Shown piece by piece: positions 49,652 to 50,933 of a DNA stretch of 50,933 nt. Position 1 is the stretch's first letter, and each line of letters starts with the position of its first letter. The position numbers and the translations under genes were made by a program. The notes below the pieces were generated by a model that had not been told where the DNA came from, searched no databases, and worked only from the letters and a program-made list of their open reading frames with translations. The stretch comes from Minisyncoccota bacterium (GTDB lineage: Bacteria > Patescibacteriota > Minisyncoccia > Phycocordibacterales > UBA918). The DNA lies in contig JAJOLD010000006.1 in assembly GCA_021129515.1 (NCBI GenBank), positions 1 through 50,933 on the forward strand, in the 5' to 3' direction.

Positions 49652-49850
49652 GTATAAAACCACCTATTTATCGGCTGATATAGGAATATCATACCACGTT
49701 GTGTGGATACCTGGGATTAGTAGGAAACGGCAGAAAGACATACTCAAAGACGTAAAAGACCTTTCAAAAAAGACGTTTTATGGTACATTTATAGGCAAAG
49801 AGACATACACAGTGTCCCACAGAGACGAAGTGTATGAGACTAAAAAGACA

Positions 49851-50558
49851 ATGAATAAGACAGATTACGAGGCAGTATTCGGTATAAATGACGAATACTA
49901 CAAATATATTTTTAAAAAGACAGAAAAGATAGTCTGTGCAGTCTTTTATATTACACGCAATGAGACATCTTTTACCCATAATGACCAGTTGGTAAAAGAC
50001 TTAGAAGCAGTAGCGCAAGCGGGTATGTCAGAGACACTCGCAAGCCTTACCGCACGTGCAGGGACACTCCATCAGCATTGTACGCGTATTGCGGCACATC
50101 TTGTCGCACTTGAAGCACACTTACGTATGGTACATGCAGCGGGCATGCTTACCACGGAGCTACTCCACGTCTTTGTAAACAACCTCGACTCTGTCGGGCG
50201 TACATTACGTAAATATATGCGTGTACATGCGCACAATCCACTCCTGACAGACCTTGATGGATCAACCGAGTCAGTCATGCGTACTGGGCGAGCGTCTACT
50301 CCATCTCCAGTACGTCGGAACGGACCACCTGCAGTTGCTGGTGCAGAGATGACACCGGTAGTACCAAAGACACACAATCGTACCACACGTATTATGGAGG
50401 TCCTTAAGGAGAAAGGACAAGCGTCCATAAAAGACGTTTCAGATGTCATAACAGACTGTAGTGAAAAGACAATTCAGCGAGAATTGAATGCTCTTATAAA
50501 GGACGGAACTGTTGTACGAGAAGGAGAGCGAAGATGGAGTCGATATTCAGTGGTATAA
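49851..50558 (+). CDS. Protein with N-terminal helical bundle and C-terminal DeoR-like winged HTH
   Basis: RIMEVLKEKGQASIKDVS...CSEKTIQRELNAL...GERRWSRY. Divergent from ftsK. Confidence 0.82.
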   Translation: MNKTDYEAVFGINDEYYKYIFKKTEKIVCAVFYITRNETSFTHNDQLVKDLEAVAQAGMSETLASLTARAGTLHQHCTRIAAHLVALEAHLRMVHAAGMLTTELLHVFVNNLDSVGRTLRKYMRVHAHNPLLTDLDGSTESVMRTGRASTPSPVRRNGPPAVAGAEMTPVVPKTHNRTTRIMEVLKEKGQASIKDVSDVITDCSEKTIQRELNALIKDGTVVREGERRWSRYSVV

Positions 50559-50603
50559 GCAACTATTAAGGACGCACAGTGTGCGTCCTTAATAGTTGCT
50601 TAT
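50555..50603. terminator. Perfect 23-bp hairpin at the gene end
   Basis: ATAAGCAACTATTAAGGACGCAC-AGT-GTGCGTCCTTAATAGTTGCTTAT. Confidence 0.65.
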
Positions 50604-50933
50604 GGGACATATGAGAAGCGAAATTGTGTCTTATTAAGTAACAGGTACGATAGGTATGCAGGGTACAGACAATTGATTTTTTTAAATTTTATTGACTAAT
50701 TTTCTTACGTGTAAGAAAGGTTTTAAGCCCTCGTCATCACCATCAGCAGGGAGCATGCGTGATTGACATTGCTATGTGTTCACGGTATCTTCCTGAGGTT
50801 GTATATAGGGTTATTTTTGGAGGTGTTGTTGCGCACAGCGTACCACCTATCCACATATGTACGACTCATAATTCACTTAATAGTTTGTATACTAGTAAGT
50901 GTGCGTTTTGGAGCGCCCTTTTTTGAACCACAC

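Noticed and set aside
49536..49850. Extended N-terminus of the DeoR-like HTH ORF
   Set aside because: It overlaps the ftsK start on the opposite strand. ATG 49851 is the more plausible start.
1..50933. CRISPR array
   Set aside because: Repeats are dispersed palindromes or two-copy repeats. There are no regularly spaced identical repeats with unique spacers and no cas genes.
1..50933. Alternative genetic code (UGA=Gly, as in Gracilibacteria/Absconditabacteria)
   Set aside because: Long core genes translate fully under code 11 with no internal TGA.

Overview
Chromosomal segment of a reduced-genome bacterium, most likely Patescibacteria/CPR (Parcubacteria-like), read with the standard bacterial code. 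The lineage call is an inference from gene content: archaeal/eukaryote-type GlyRS, type-2 IleRS, tandem-domain ThyX, a tRNA-adjacent LAGLIDADG ORF, rplK with no rplA after it, and core genes without Shine-Dalgarno sites. Core genes are rplS, mscL, secE-nusG-rplK, glyA, argS, ileS, recO, glyQS, metG, tatD, rpsF-ssb-rpsR, efp, an ECF sigma factor, recA, ftsK, tRNA-Leu(GAG) and tRNA-His(GTG). They are interleaved with orphan ORFs and many palindromic or structured repeats. Main points of interest: (1) a compact dTMP/one-carbon cluster (CofE/FolC2-like ligase, dCTP deaminase, tandem ThyX, Tmk, MazG-like pyrophosphatase, GlyA); (2) an IleRS carrying an inserted histidine-phosphatase domain; (3) a double-ATP-cone NrdA N-terminal protein that lacks the catalytic barrel; (4) several repeated, covarying candidate RNA structures near tRNA-Leu, rplK, glyQS, nusG and ssb; (5) a 57-aa membrane microprotein behind a leader with switch-like alternative pairing. 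Single-base frameshifts at short homopolymer runs occur only in accessory genes and may be sequencing errors. No CRISPR array, rRNA, transposase, integrase or phage structural gene was seen.
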